Below, one piece after another: positions 28,660 to 41,149 of a DNA stretch of 64,000 nt. Position numbers and translations under genes: made by a program. This stretch comes from Haplodiscus bocki (taxonomy: Eukaryota): contig OZ296650.1 in the NCBI GenBank assembly GCA_965655095.1, positions 127,224,001-127,288,000 on the forward strand, read 5' to 3'. The stretch's first letter is position 1. Every line of letters begins with the position of its first letter. The notes under the pieces were generated by a model. That model searched no databases. It saw only the letters and a program-made list of their open reading frames with translations, and had not been told where the DNA came from.

Positions 28660-31600
28660 CCATGCAATTAAGAAAACGCTCGGTTGGTCAAAAAGAGCTC
28701 AATCATCTCCACTGGTCTTGGGTCAGCCATTTGTAAGCAGTGATAGTGTTGGGAGCAATCGATTACCAAATGCTTCTTTGCCTGCCTTATGTTGCGTAGC
28801 ATCTACTAAGTTGGTCTGTGAAAAGATGGTTGTTGTTGATGTAGTTATATGTAATTAAGTTGTTAGTTTCCCCAAAGTCGTGTTTTCCTATTAACTTGCG
28901 CTGTGGAAAACACGGACTAGCAGTACTTGAAAGAGCAAAACGGCAAAAATACCATATTTATACTACCGTGATTGTCGGAGAGGAATTGTGCCTCAAAAAG
29001 GACTGGTGTCCGCAAGCTTTGGATATATGCAGGGCGTTCATACGTTCGGATTTATTTGACTTCGAATTCATGGTTATTGCCTATGTCAGGTCCATGTCGG
29101 GCAAATTCAACAGTGAATTCTGCAAATAGGTCTCATTCTGCAAATAGTTCTAAAGGTCTCATTCTCATGTTGTCGCATAGTGGAATCCATCAGGTCAGAA
29201 ATGCTTCAAAACTGCTGCTTTCTTCAGCGCTGGTTTTGAGGTATTAGTTTTCAATTTCTCGGTTAGTTTAATTTTTGCAAACTTCGTCATTGGATGTCTC
29301 TGTGTTTCTTTATAAAGCCTGGGTTCACTAGTGTTCTTTAACTTTAGGATTCAGTGGACATTTTAAGGAGACTATGGAATTTTACTGGACTGCATCATAG
29401 TCACCTATATCAATCAAATGTGCCACTTTAGTTAGGTCTACTGGTTTTGTTCTATTGGTTTCTTTTGGAGCAAGAATGGTCAAGTTTCCGATATGCATTC
29501 TTGGAAGGTGTGCATGTCATCTCACAGAATTGAGAATTTCACCTTATAGTAGTGATCGTGAGTTTTGGCAAGAACGTTGAGAAATTAAATTTTCGGACGG
29601 TCTATAATTTGATCTAATTGTTAGATTATGACTACTATGTCTGTTTCGTTGCAATATTATGATTGGCTGAGTTTGCTCCCTGTTTGATGTGGTAACAGAT
29701 TCAATTCAGTTTTTTTGGTACTAGCCTTATGACGTTAGAAAGTTCGTTTTCCGAAAAGTCAAGTAACACTCACAAATATGGAAAAATGATAGCTCCTTGG
29801 CTCGTATCTAAGTCAGTGCCACCGCTTCGTAAGAAGACCACACGTAATAGTGTGTTATTGAGTTTTTTGAGTGCATCGAGACTTCGCTAATTTCAATGCA
29901 TCCTTCCTCAATCTAAATTCAATCTTCGCTGTTGGTTCCTTTTTTAACCGTTTGCTATTATAATATGGTGGCATGGCGGAAGGCCATCAGTGATAATAGA
30001 ATTATCGAAGTGTAACTTGCTTCGGGTGTTCCTCAATTGCAACTTGGGAAAATTTGTTGTTAATGTCAAGCATTGCTTTTGCCTCCATTGTGTTGGTTCC
30101 TGTCGGTGAAAACATTATGAATCGTGTGAGTTCAAGTAAGTGTGATTAGTCTAGAGATACCGTTATGTTCTTAAGGAATGGGCAAGAAGCCGTCTATGCG
30201 GATTTCTGGCTGGAAGACGATTTACTAGTTTACATCAAAATTAGGGGTACTGTTTTGGGTTTCATTAGATGGAGTACTGTATGCTATTTCTATTTGTTGT
30301 TGCCAATTGGGCGTTGAAATGCCTGTACAAGCAGTTGTGTATGAGCAATGTGGGACTACCGCTGGATCAGATATTAGATAAAGGCGAACCAATGAGATGG
30401 TTTTTCATCGGCGTCGTGACTTTATTAGTTTGAAGGTTCTGGGTTTTTGACATTATGGTCTTTTCTGATTGATGTAACTTGTTGCAAGTTCTAGAAGTTT
30501 TGTCTTCAGAAGGGAACTTATCTTTGAATTTCGGTGTTGAAAGAGCATCTGTTGACTGTATGGTTTTTCGCATATTCTGTTACTGTTTTGACAACATTGC
30601 GTCACGAAATTGCCTCTGAGAATGCGTTGGGCGTTTTCGTTATGTTGAGAAGTTCCACTTTGCTTACTCTACAAAGGTTCAGCCTTTCTTGCCGTTTTAT
30701 AGAACTCATTGTAGATTTGTTTTTTAGATTATTTGAATTGTTCGAGCTATTGTTAGAAGTTACGAGTGGTGAGCACCGGCGGTTCGTGTTCGTTTCCGGG
30801 CCTATCCAGGTTTATTTCCTTTTCGTGCAGTAGGAAGATTTCGTCGTACGCGCCATACTGCAAAAGTGTTTTTGTCAAAAATCGATTCAGCCGCGTACCC
30901 AATTTTGCATACAAGGTACTGTCAATGCCTTGATGCCCATGTAGAGGAATTGCTTTTTCTGCTCCCTGATTTAATTCGCTTTAGGCTTGCGTGAAGTTTG
31001 TTATGAAGGGATTAAAGATAAAAGATCAAGTTTTGCCATTTAATTTTGGCTGCGGTCTGAGGCTCAGGTTCTTGGGGTTCTTTCATCTGACGGCTATGGG
31101 TGTATATATAAGTGTTCAAGTGTTTGTCTCTTCACAAGGACGCTAATTTGACAATTACAAATGCGTTCTTATCTCAACTGGTCGGGAGAGTGGTTTTTTC
31201 TGACGACCTGTGTCATTGCTGGCTGCATTCGTAGCATTGTTTGGAATAGGTCTACAGATTGTTGGAATTTATCATTCTTGTCATTGAATAGTAATGTTGG
31301 TGCTGACAGGCCCCATAAAATGTAATGGCTGCTTGCGGTAATTGTTGAAAGGCTTTTCCGGCAATGGTCTCAGCAATTATTTTGATTGTGCAGTTGCAAT
31401 TGTGGTTTTGCCGACGTGACGGCTCTCCAAGTAAATGTTAGGTTGTTTCTCGTGATAAAATCTGTGTTTTTTGTCACTGAGCGGTATTTTTCTGCGGGTG
31501 TTATTCTATTTCTATAGGAGAATCGTACTGTGTGAGAACATACAGTACGATCGCAAAGTCCAGTTTCTGAAGCAAATTGTTCTTATCTCGCAGCCGCAAA

Positions 31601-31950
31601 TAGACGACTGCTTCTTGTCGAGGGATATTTTTGTTATATGAGAGCGTTAAGTCAGCTTACCTAAAAGTGTCCTGTACATGGCAGTCCCTGTTCTCATTGT
31701 CAAATTGCAAATGATTTTTTTTGCTACAAGAGACTAAAGGTGGCATTTTGTAGACTTTTACCCATTATATTACCCATTCAATATTTTCAACCAGGCTATC
31801 CCGTCAACTGCAAGAAGAATATTGATTTGATCTGACGACCACTGAAGTTCTAGCACCTTGCATTAGAATAGTATTGACAACTGCAGCTATAGCATTTTGA
31901 ATAAGTTCGTCTAAAATAGAATCCTTTTCCTGTTTTTCTCACTGAATATG
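28660..31950 (-). mobile_element. Highly decayed non-LTR retrotransposon (LINE-like) remnant
   Basis: Minus-strand fragments read SNYRP...LNVLAK (~29560-29620), resembling the start of the LINE RT domain (NYRPISLL..K). GKEAFGNRL (~28750-28790) resembles a LINE ORF2 C-terminal motif. Many stops; boundaries approximate. Confidence 0.35.
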
Positions 31951-32779
31951 ATCCGAAAGGTTTTGTTCATTAATTTGTTTGCTTTCTCCGTCTGTGCTGG
32001 CAGAATTATCACAATATCGATTCTTCATAACCATATTATCAGAAACCTCTTTTTGGTCAAACTTCGTTCTTCTGGCCGTTCTTCCAAGTAACTGCATCTG
32101 CTATTTAGTAGAAACCATTCTGCGATTAAATGTATATACAAGACCAAACATTGTTCAAACCGCTTTCAATCGAAAAAAAATGTTGCAAGAACAATGCAAC
32201 TTCACAATTCAAGATAAGCTTTCACTGCAACATTGATTGAAGTAATATCAAGCTAGTCGTTTCGATGAAAAAGGAAAAATTGGGATAATTTACCAGCCAA
32301 TCGCATTCTGAGCGAGTTTAGGAGAGCTAATTTACACTTGATGCTCAAAAGTTTGCATCGACAATGATAACGTTTTAAATGTTAAGGAAGTGTCATCAGT
32401 TTCCTTGAACCTTGATTCACCAAAATGCTGCAGTGAAAATCACCGGAAATATCACAATGCTCTAACTATTGAATTCCTTTGCTTCTTGTCGGATTTTTTA
32501 CACTTTCATTTTTGTTATTTTCGGCCCATTTTTGAACTAGAGTGGAGAGAAACGCTTTTAGTAGTGAGCATATTGGACAACAATCATGCCAATCTTGGAG
32601 GTCCAAATCTCCTCCAGTTCTTTCAATAATACAACGTCTAACGGAATTACTTCATTGCGACTTGAATGAGACAAAAATCCGTCGAATCACAATGGTGGAA
32701 CATTCATATGGAAAAAACGTTAACACCGGGAGTAAACAACGCGTCTGTTTTGATGTGCTTGATCATTTTCACAGAGTGA

Positions 32780-33175
32780 GAAGACCTATTGTTTGAAGTA
32801 CCCACTTCAAAATGACAATCTTTCTGGAAGGGATCCTCGTCCTACTCCTGGTTTTTCACGTCATCATTCCGGTTACTTCCCGGAAAAGGTCAAGATTGCA
32901 CTTGGATTTTTGAGTTCAGAGGTAAAACATCCAGTTTTGACAGAGAGGCTAGGATTCTTCTCCGTTCTACCAATCTCCTGACACAAATTTTTAGCTACTC
33001 CCCCTTCCATTTCCTCCGAGCTTTGAGTTATGTAATCCTTGCCCTCTCTAGCAACATTTGTGTCCCGTGAGGAGTTGTTCGAAAGATATTCCTCGTGGTT
33101 CTTCCTATTGACGGCTGCTAGCTTCTCCTTGTTTTTTTGATGTTGCCGCTTGCGAAGGGAAAGATATTTGAACAA
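32780..33175 (-). mobile_element. Possible decayed N-terminal gag-like fragment of an LTR (Gypsy-like) retrotransposon
   Basis: ORF 32873..33175 (KLAAVNRKNHEE...DYITQSSEEMEGGVAKNL) continues after a frameshift as ..ILASLSKLD... It resembles from memory a repeat-derived gag N-terminus. No LTR or pol seen. Confidence 0.25.
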
Positions 33176-35442
33176 CGTTAAAGACTGAATTACCTTTCAA
33201 TTCAATTTTTAAACTGGAATTAATTGTCTTCAATTTTATACAAATACTGGACTAATTATTAAGATCCGTAGTACCTAAAAGAATTTCAATCATTTCTTTT
33301 CCCATACTTACATCTTTTCTATGGCGGGAAAGAAGAGTGTTTAAACGCCAAGTGAAGGTACAAAAAAGGGAACTTTTTTATTATTACTACAAAGCAGTAA
33401 ACGCCAACATAGGCGGGAAAAAACACATGTCGACCCATTTCCTTCCTCACTGGTTGCGTTCTTTCCATTTCTCGAACGAAATTTGGACGGATCTATTCCA
33501 TCGGAAATGGACATCAAAGTACATATTCTCGTACCGACATTGTATTTACCAGCAGAAACCAACTTGTATGAAAAAGTCCTTAAAGGGAAAAGATAATCAA
33601 TTGCAAGTCAAGCATCAATTTAAGGGAAAGTTAATGCCAGATAATAATTATCAGTTTTTATGCACCGTATTAACATATGACTTACTTTTTTTCTGTTCTG
33701 AAAATGAGGAAAAACTAGTGACATTAATAATTTGTTCCTCGTTCAAAGGAGTCTTCACTACTTTGTTCCAGAATTAATCCGTATTAACTAGTAATGACAA
33801 ACCTTCAGCTGAGAGGAAGTTTAAATTGAATACGGATTCAGCTGTCTTTGCACGGAGTTGCAGCGTGCATTTTTAGTTGAAGAGCATACTGATGTCGCGA
33901 GACTAGTAGTGATGGAACATTTACAGAACAAGGACTCACTCCTGGAGTCTTTCACGCTTTAATACAGTCGTATCAAGTTTAAATTAGAATTTTTTCACAC
34001 TGTTTTAATTAGCAAATATTCGGAATCGGTCAATCTAGTATACGTAGAAGGTGGATTTTTTAAATATTTAAATAGTATAAAAAAAGAAATTTATAATTAG
34101 CAGCTTTCACGTTAAAGTACTCTGTGAATATCTGTTTGTTCCCTAGCGGTTTCGTCCTTGTCTGGATCAGTTCGATATGGTGATCCGTATATTCACGGAT
34201 CACTTACTTGAGAGTTTTATTGATCATACCCAACAAATCAAATCTATGATTTTATGGAGGCAGTTCATTGATTTTTGCTGAGGGTCTGGGAATATTTTTT
34301 CCTGTGGAACTCTCTGACTACATACAGGCTTCACAGATGTGCTGCGACATCTGCTAAAGTGTTTTCTTTCGAAGCAAGACTGCAAGAACTATTAAAATAG
34401 TAAAACTGGAGAAGACCTGAATCTCTGGAAATATGATTTCTGTTGCCCATTATGCTTAATATTGATTGAGTTTTTCTCTATGGAAATGGAAAGTTGAGTG
34501 AAAGCGATTAAAAAGGAGGTGGCAATAAAAGTCAGACAAAATGCATGAAGTTTCAAGACTAATATCATCCTGATGTTCCTCGGAAAATTTCATGAAACTT
34601 TTGTCACTACAGCAATTTTGTAAATGGCTCGCCCACGATTTAAGGTCGGGACTTCATTTAACATAGCTACAGCAAAGCATTGAATTGTCCTTATGACACT
34701 ATTTTGAGTTGCTGAATCGCAACTGTTCTGAAAAACGTGAACATAAGCTGTCGGCCAATTTTGATGTACCCGGGTTTACTTACTACCATACAAAAAACAG
34801 GGGAATCATAGAGTGTGAGATATGGTGATCTTTGAAAAGATTAAAGTTAAAGAAAGTACCATAGAAGTTTATGGTAGCATGCAAGTCATAAAGAGACCAT
34901 ACTATAGTTTTGTTCTATGCAAGTTATAGACTGTACCATAGTGTAGCCATAAAATGGAAAAGTGTGCGAGTGTTTTTTTAGATTATGATAACGTATTCTA
35001 GTGAACAAAAATGCGACGACAAAAGACTCATGGAAAACAATACACTAAAGTGTGAAGTTCAAAACTTCTGTGAATAATTTGACTGGCGAACATAATAAGT
35101 GTCATCTACGTTCATTTTCGGTTGCCTAAAATTAAAAACGAGAATTTGTGATTTCCCTTTCCCGAAATGTATAGTCTACAGTAGTAACAGTGTTAACTGA
35201 TCAGACAGGGGGTGGGGGTGGTAGACCCTCCATGTATTAAGATAGGCTACAGCGAGCAAACTCGGTTCGGCAGGAGCCGAAAGCCGAGAAGGGTCTACCA
35301 CCCGAGCTGAGAACGTTTGGGTTTTTTTCGGCACTGTGATACTCAATTTTGATTGGCTGACGAGGTTTTAGAGTTTTTCGTGCTCGATTCTGATTGGCTG
35401 CCGACAAGAATTTGGTTTTGTGTTATATTTGGGTTTTTTCCT

Positions 35443-35650
35443 AATGTATTAAGATAGGGTATAGTTTCGGCAATAGATAGGGTATAGTTTCGGCAATGTA
35501 TTAAGATAGGGTATAGTTTCGGCAATGTATTAAGATAGGGTATAGTTTCGGCAATGTGTTATGATTGGTTCGTATTAAGATAGGACGGCAATGCATTAAG
35601 ATAGCGTAATGTATAAGGATATGTCTTGCAATGGAATAGGGTATTTTTGG
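35443..35650 (+). repeat. 29-bp tandem repeats (AATGTATTAAGATAGGGTATAGTTTCGGC) in the left TIR, mirrored at ~52630-52865
   Basis: Three perfect copies, one 23-bp shortened copy and further degenerate copies. Confidence 0.9.
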
Positions 35651-35861
35651 CAGTGTGCGACAATTTTCGGCACTGTGAAGTTTGTTGTTTGACTTTTTGG
35701 TCCACCCGCGCCAAGCCGGTTAATTATTCCGCCACCGGATAAATATTCTGCCGCCGTATAAATTTATGCGCCGGCTGCTGTCCGCTGAAGCTCACTTATA
35801 ATTTTTCCCCTAAGTAGTATAGTGTGAGCAGAAGTGGGGGGGGGGGGGGGGGCGGAAGATG

Positions 35862-35927
35862 AGGTCTCCCACGGGGATTCGAACCTGGGCGGACGGAGTG
35901 CCGGACGCCACAACTTTTTTTGAGCTA
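35862..35927 (-). promoter_or_regulatory. tRNA-like Pol III internal promoter module (A box and B box), left TIR copy
   Basis: Minus strand reads TAGCTCAA...GGCGTCCGGC...CAGGTTCGAATCCCCG. B box GGTTCGAATCC at 35885-35875. Confidence 0.55.
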
Positions 35928-35954
35928 TTTAAAAAGATTGTGGTAAAATTTCAA

Positions 35955-36072
35955 AAAGTTGATTAGAATGTATAACTAATACAAGACCACCAGGTAAAGT
36001 TAATTAGAGTGTATAAAACTACAAGACCACAAGGTAAAGATAAATAGAATTGATAAAACTACAAGACCACAT
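35955..36072 (+). repeat. ~40-bp tandem repeat x3 just beyond the pPolB stop
   Basis: TACAAGACCAC recurs three times at ~40-bp spacing, with ..GGTAAAG.TAA.TAGA between copies. Confidence 0.8.
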
Positions 36073-39000
36073 TCAAAGAAAAATTTTTAAATCTAAAGGT
36101 TTAGTATGTATTCCATCTTCTTCTACAAGACGTTTAGGGTAGAAATAAGACAATCCCTATTTTGTCTGTTCGTAGGTTGCAACGCTATGTTTCTTTGTTC
36201 GAAATCCTCTGTTGATTGAAGTAACGTTGACTGCCTCTTCTGAAACCTTTCGATACTTTGACGTGGGTCCATCTCCACAGTCTTCCAGAGTTCTTTTATT
36301 GAGTCCCTTAACACTGAATTTGTACTCGTTACTCTTTCAATCGTAGCAACAATATGTTTTGCCACACAAGCACAACATTTCGGAACACCTGAATTTTTCT
36401 TTAAACAGTCCCGGCTCTCTCTTATCATGCTTCTTGTGAGCAGTACAATATGTTCTTGGGACGAAGTTGCCCGTTGCATTCGCATTGAAGCTATATGTAG
36501 AGTCTCGCGGGCGTATTGCTTCCGATTCGTTTCTTTCCTCTGGGAGAATAATGTCTTTCAAGTTCTCTTCCGACAGAGCTAAATATAGAGAGTCGGTATC
36601 CATTTCAAGCTCTTCATATCTTTCGGTATCGCAAAACTTTTTAAAGAAGTTATATTAAAGCTCCAACATTCTGAGCTTAGCATATTGCAAAATGAAGAAT
36701 CCGACAACGATTGGTTTTCGATGCTCAATTTCTGACTCGACAAGTTCAGCCTCGTACAAATGATCAGTGATGGAGTTAGGTCGCTTGAAAAGTTTATTAT
36801 CAATTGCACTGTGAATCTTTTCATCGTTCAAATATTTTGTCACAGTTTGTCGACTACGATCCATGATCTGGTACCTATAGGAGCTGTTTGCTAAAAACTT
36901 CATTGCTTCAGCCACTACGCTTGAGTTGGGATTTTCATCTTGTTGTCTTCGAGCATTGACGGCAGTCTGTACAAAGCTAGTGAAACACTTCATGGGAGTA
37001 TACTCAACTAGTTAATGAATTTTTGTACATTTAAGACCCAGATGCAAGCAATAAAATGGTAAGGGAGTGATGATAGTTCCATTTTTTAGGTGTAAGCTTG
37101 ATATGAGCATTCTTCTTGGTTGTGACATAATCTTTTTTTTCTGCATAATCTTTCATCAAATCTCCGATATCATTTCTGCTTACAACAGTGTTTTTAAAAA
37201 TTGGGGGAAAATTGGCAAAATATGCCTTCAGATGTTCCAGAATTTTGAGGACGCATTGAACGTAACCAAGCAGCCTTCGACGCTTAATCTCTTGCATGAG
37301 CCGTTCTTCGCTGAGATGTAGCTGATAGGAGAAATTTGCTCGCAGTTGACTTTTTACTGTCGCATGGGTTCGGTATAATTCCCACCAATTGCACTCCCGC
37401 ATTTCAATAATTTTGTATCCTTTCTGTTGGATATCTTCTTTGCGCAATTGGTCTTGTTCCTTCTTTTTTATCCCTCCCATAATTTCGTTGTCAGTCAATG
37501 ACGGGCGGGTTTCCTGACATGGACAGTAGTGGAAATAACAACCCATTGCATCAAAGACAGTGTTACAATGGTTACAACTTCCATCAACGCTAAAGCAAAC
37601 AATCTTCTTTTGTCTACCAGTTGTAAAATTGCTTTCTATCCTACATTTTGGACGAATTCGTTGAAAATAAGAAAGGACCATGTTTTCGATGGAGCGTGTT
37701 TTGTTCTGTCGAGGCACGAATTTTTGAGGTTCAGAGTCATAGTTCCATCTTGTACACAATCCATGAAGCATTGGTTGACACATCGAATAGGGATGGAGTT
37801 GGCTTGCGTCTACGCTGACAACTGACTTGCACAACTTCGTTGATTTGTGGATAAAAGTTTCGCCAACCACAGCCTTGCGTGTAAACACAATGGAGGAACC
37901 ACTAACCATGTCTTCACGAATCTTCTCCAAGAAGTACCTGTCGCTTTCAGTAAAAGGGTAAAACTTTGAATATGTTGATTTATGGAGGCAAATGTTTGCC
38001 AAAATAGGTGAAGTACAACCCAACTTTAACATATCAATCTCCTTTTGATGGTAAAATTCAATCATTTTCTACATTGCTTCTAGGGTTGGAACAACATCTT
38101 TGTTATTGTACCACATGAGAAAGTCTTTGAAAGATTTCATTCCTTCGCTCACCCTGATGCTCCGCAATTATGCGTAAATTTCATCACCTGTTGGAGGTAT
38201 CTTGTTTAGTCGTAACCTGCATACTGCTTGCTCCGACGATAAACCGTTAGTAGTGAGGTTTTCGAAGTCACTGTAATCTTGTTCGAGAAGAGTAGTTTTA
38301 CGCAGTTTGCTAAAGAAAGAATCGTATTGAGGTAGTTCTTTGTTGTTCGACTTTTTTGGATGGTCGAACCACTCAAAGGGAAAAAACCTTCAGTTTCCTT
38401 TGTTTTGTTTTGTAAGCTTTGCGGAACGAATCAAGACTAGTTGCCCCACTAAAAAAGTTCATAATATCAAGTAACTGCACATCACCAAACTTGGAGGAAA
38501 CAAATTCATTAGCTTTTTGATAACTGTTGGTTCAATTTGTCGTTTGTTAACAAGAATTGGCAACAGATACGACTTGATCAAATTGATGTCATACTTTGCA
38601 CTGTTAAAACCAAAAACTGGCAACGTGTTACAATAGCGCTCAAAGTGTTCCTGCAAATCAATTAGTTGGTTTTTCTGCATTTGGAGAAACTGAGTAGATA
38701 ACTCCTTCTATTCCACAGTGTCGTTGAAATACTCGTCGTTGTCATAATCAATAACTCGTTCTCGTTGGTTGTGTCTTTGGTTGAGTGGTTCCAAGATACT
38801 AGAGAGTTTAATCTTGACTGCGGTTTCTACTTCAATAAAACTTAATTTCATTTGTGCTTTGCGTTGCGTTGCCAAGCCTTCAAGGGCACTGAAAAAAAGG
38901 ATACAAGGTGTCGAGGATCTGAATTGCAAAGAAAAATGGGTTCTGGTATTAGGTTTGAAGAAAATGAAACTGATATAGGGACATGTTTTCCAATCCATTT

Positions 39001-40426
39001 TATAGTTTCAGTTTCTTTATACGTCTCTTCCTTAACGCAAAAAGATTCTAAATCGGAAACGGCCAAGTTTTTAAACAACTTTTGATCCTCTCTGTATGGA
39101 ATTTTGAAAGAATCCAACTTTTCAAAGAGCGTTTCTCTTAACTGGTCTACATTCTTCGGATAAAGGTGCTTGACTCCCTCGCTACATGTAATCAAATGTC
39201 GCTCCAAATTTCCAGTCTTTGAAAAGATTATGTCACGTGTGCTGCGGTGAAAAGATTTGAAGAAGGAGTTCATGTCGCTGACGTAACAAACGCGATTGTT
39301 GTAACGTAACAGTTTGACGCTCTTTTCAAACTTTTGAATACTTCTTCGAGCTAGTTCTCCAATCATTTCTCCATCCATAAAGTCAATGTCATAAAGAACA
39401 AATTTGAGTTGCAACATCTCCACTTTCGGAATATCAGTCATATCAACACCCTGGAACTTTGATGGATCTGCTTCCCCACAATTGTTCAGGAAAAGGTTGA
39501 AAAACTTGGATGTTTCTTCTTTGGGTCTCTCAATTCCATGCAACTGGAGAACAATTGCTCTGAAGAGGCAAAGATTATCTTTGTGTGGTTTTTTCGTGTT
39601 CTGTTCGTAAGTGAGGCATTTCACATTTTGAGTTTTCAAGAGCGGTTCAGGTAGTACAGAATCTTCACAACCCATGGGTATATCTTTGGGCAGCGCTGCA
39701 AAATCTGTCTGGTTTGTCAGTTTCCAAAACTTCAATTTGGTTTTGGCTCTCTCTCGTGTACCAAGGTGAACAAAATCTATTTTCTGTAATTTCTTTTTGA
39801 GGTTGGTAAGTCGTCTGGTGTACACAAAGGTTTCGACCTCTCCATAACCGTATTGTTCTCGTGAGCATAAAAATAACCACACGATACATCTTCAAACTTT
39901 TTGAGAAAAAATCCAAACGCAAGGTTATCTTTGGCAGCGCATTTGAGTCTTTGAATACTGATTCCAATTTCTTATTAATCAAAGAGTTGTCGAAGGTTGA
40001 CATGGTGAAATTGAAAACACGATGTCTTCCTTTTTCAAACTCAGAGTCAACGAGGAAGTCTTGACATGCTTGGAGTTCTTCTTTCAGAGTTGCCTCGACA
40101 TCTTCAAAGAGGTTATTCACGTCAAATTCACCTGATTTCATCTGAATTCCATGCTCGTTTGTTTTGTGTTGTCGCAACGCATAAAAGCCAGAAAATTCTA
40201 TGAAAAAAATTTTAAACTTGTGTGCAATTTTCACTCGAGGTGTAGCATAATTTTTGGCAATATGATAATTTAAATCTTTTTTTGCTTTAGTAGAGAAAGT
40301 GGGACAATTTGCACATTACAATGTTCCACCACTGCAGCGCGATTTGTGTGGAGATAGCTGTTGCTTCGCTACTGAAGTTCCATAATTTCTACAAGTAACT
40401 TTAACATTTCGGTCCAAAGCAGGCAT
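36073..40426 (-). pseudogene. pPolB: Protein-primed family B DNA polymerase with N-terminal C2H2 zinc fingers, vOTU-like domain and VSR-like nuclease insert; multiple frameshifts and stops
   Basis: ExoI SDLES, ExoII GFNSAKYD, motif A VDASQLHPYSM, motif B KFLANSSY, motif C MDTDSL. VSR-like VDGSC..CNTVFDAMGCYFHYCPC. OTU-like DNLCLFRA...LLRYNNRVCYV. C-terminus DGIHTKPL. Confidence 0.95.
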
Positions 40427-40694
40427 TGTTTGAGATTTTTGGCAATTTTTGAAAGCAGAATAATCTGAAAAAGTAAGGCCTTCGCCAACTTGATTCTAGC
40501 AATGCAACAAAAACAATGGCGGTTAAATTGTAACAAAAATTGGTTGTTACCCCGAACCATATATGGAAAGATCTTTAATGGAGCTGTCAATCATTTCTTT
40601 CATCAATCAAACTGACAGCTGATCAAGACCAAAAATCAATTAAAAAAAACATTTTTTCTCTTCATGTTGTGGCAGCTTGGCTGGGAAAATTACT

Positions 40695-40885
40695 GAAGTG
40701 GAACAATTATCTCCTCAGGTGTAGACAGGTTGTTTGAGAAAAGCACTCACGTGGAACAAGTTCCCTTGATAAGGAGACAGCTTGTGTGGGAAAGTCAATC
40801 AAGTTGAACAAGTTCCCTGATCAGGAGACAGATTGTCTCAGAAAATCAATCCAACGAATCAATTATCATCCAAGTTCCCCTCGAA
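40695..40885 (+). repeat. ~50-bp degenerate direct repeats in the divergent intergenic region upstream of pPolB
   Basis: GAACAAGTTCCC(T)TGAT(A/C)AGGAGACAG at ~40754 and ~40806, plus weaker copies at ~40700 and ~40872. Confidence 0.7.
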
Positions 40886-41149
40886 TAATTTATAGTCAAA
40901 TGTCTATCATTTCCATAAAAGCAACAGAAAGATGTTTTGTGTACAAACTCCGTAGTCTAGTGGTTCAACGATTTTAACCACACCACCACCGTGCCACGAC
41001 TTAATTCAAAATTCGAGGTATTAAAACCTTATTGGGTGAAACAAAAGCTATTTTCGATTGACATTATCCCGATGATAACGAAACCGTGCTTTTACCACTA
41101 CTCCATTAATTCTGTCATTTTGTAACATTTATCGAAGTAAAAACAGTCA

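Larger units (their letters stand above)
35180..35975 (+). repeat. Left terminal inverted repeat of Polinton 1
   Basis: Reverse complement of 52308-53131. About 13 mismatches in the first ~140 bp by eye. Confidence 0.93.

Noticed and set aside
33337-33777. 146-aa plus-strand ORF
   Set aside because: Non-ATG start, no recognisable motif, composition like non-coding DNA.
34180-34350. Small hairpins (GTGATCCGT..ACGGATCAC; CAGATGT..ACATCTG) and a possible minus-strand exon
   Set aside because: All three frames contain stops, and isolated short palindromes are expected by chance.
35174-35182. Apparent 9-bp TSD GTCTACAGT (also 53132-53140)
   Set aside because: Inverted symmetry AGTAGT/ACTACT fixes the ends at 35180 and 53131. 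The extra AGT on the right is flanking target sequence, and 6 bp is the Polinton norm.
35443-35650. 29-bp repeats as a CRISPR array
   Set aside because: Head-to-tail with no spacers, inside a eukaryotic TE TIR, and no cas genes.
40780-40795. CSL/Su(H) site TGTGGGAA upstream of pPolB
   Set aside because: Single 8-mer, not preserved in the neighbouring repeat copies.
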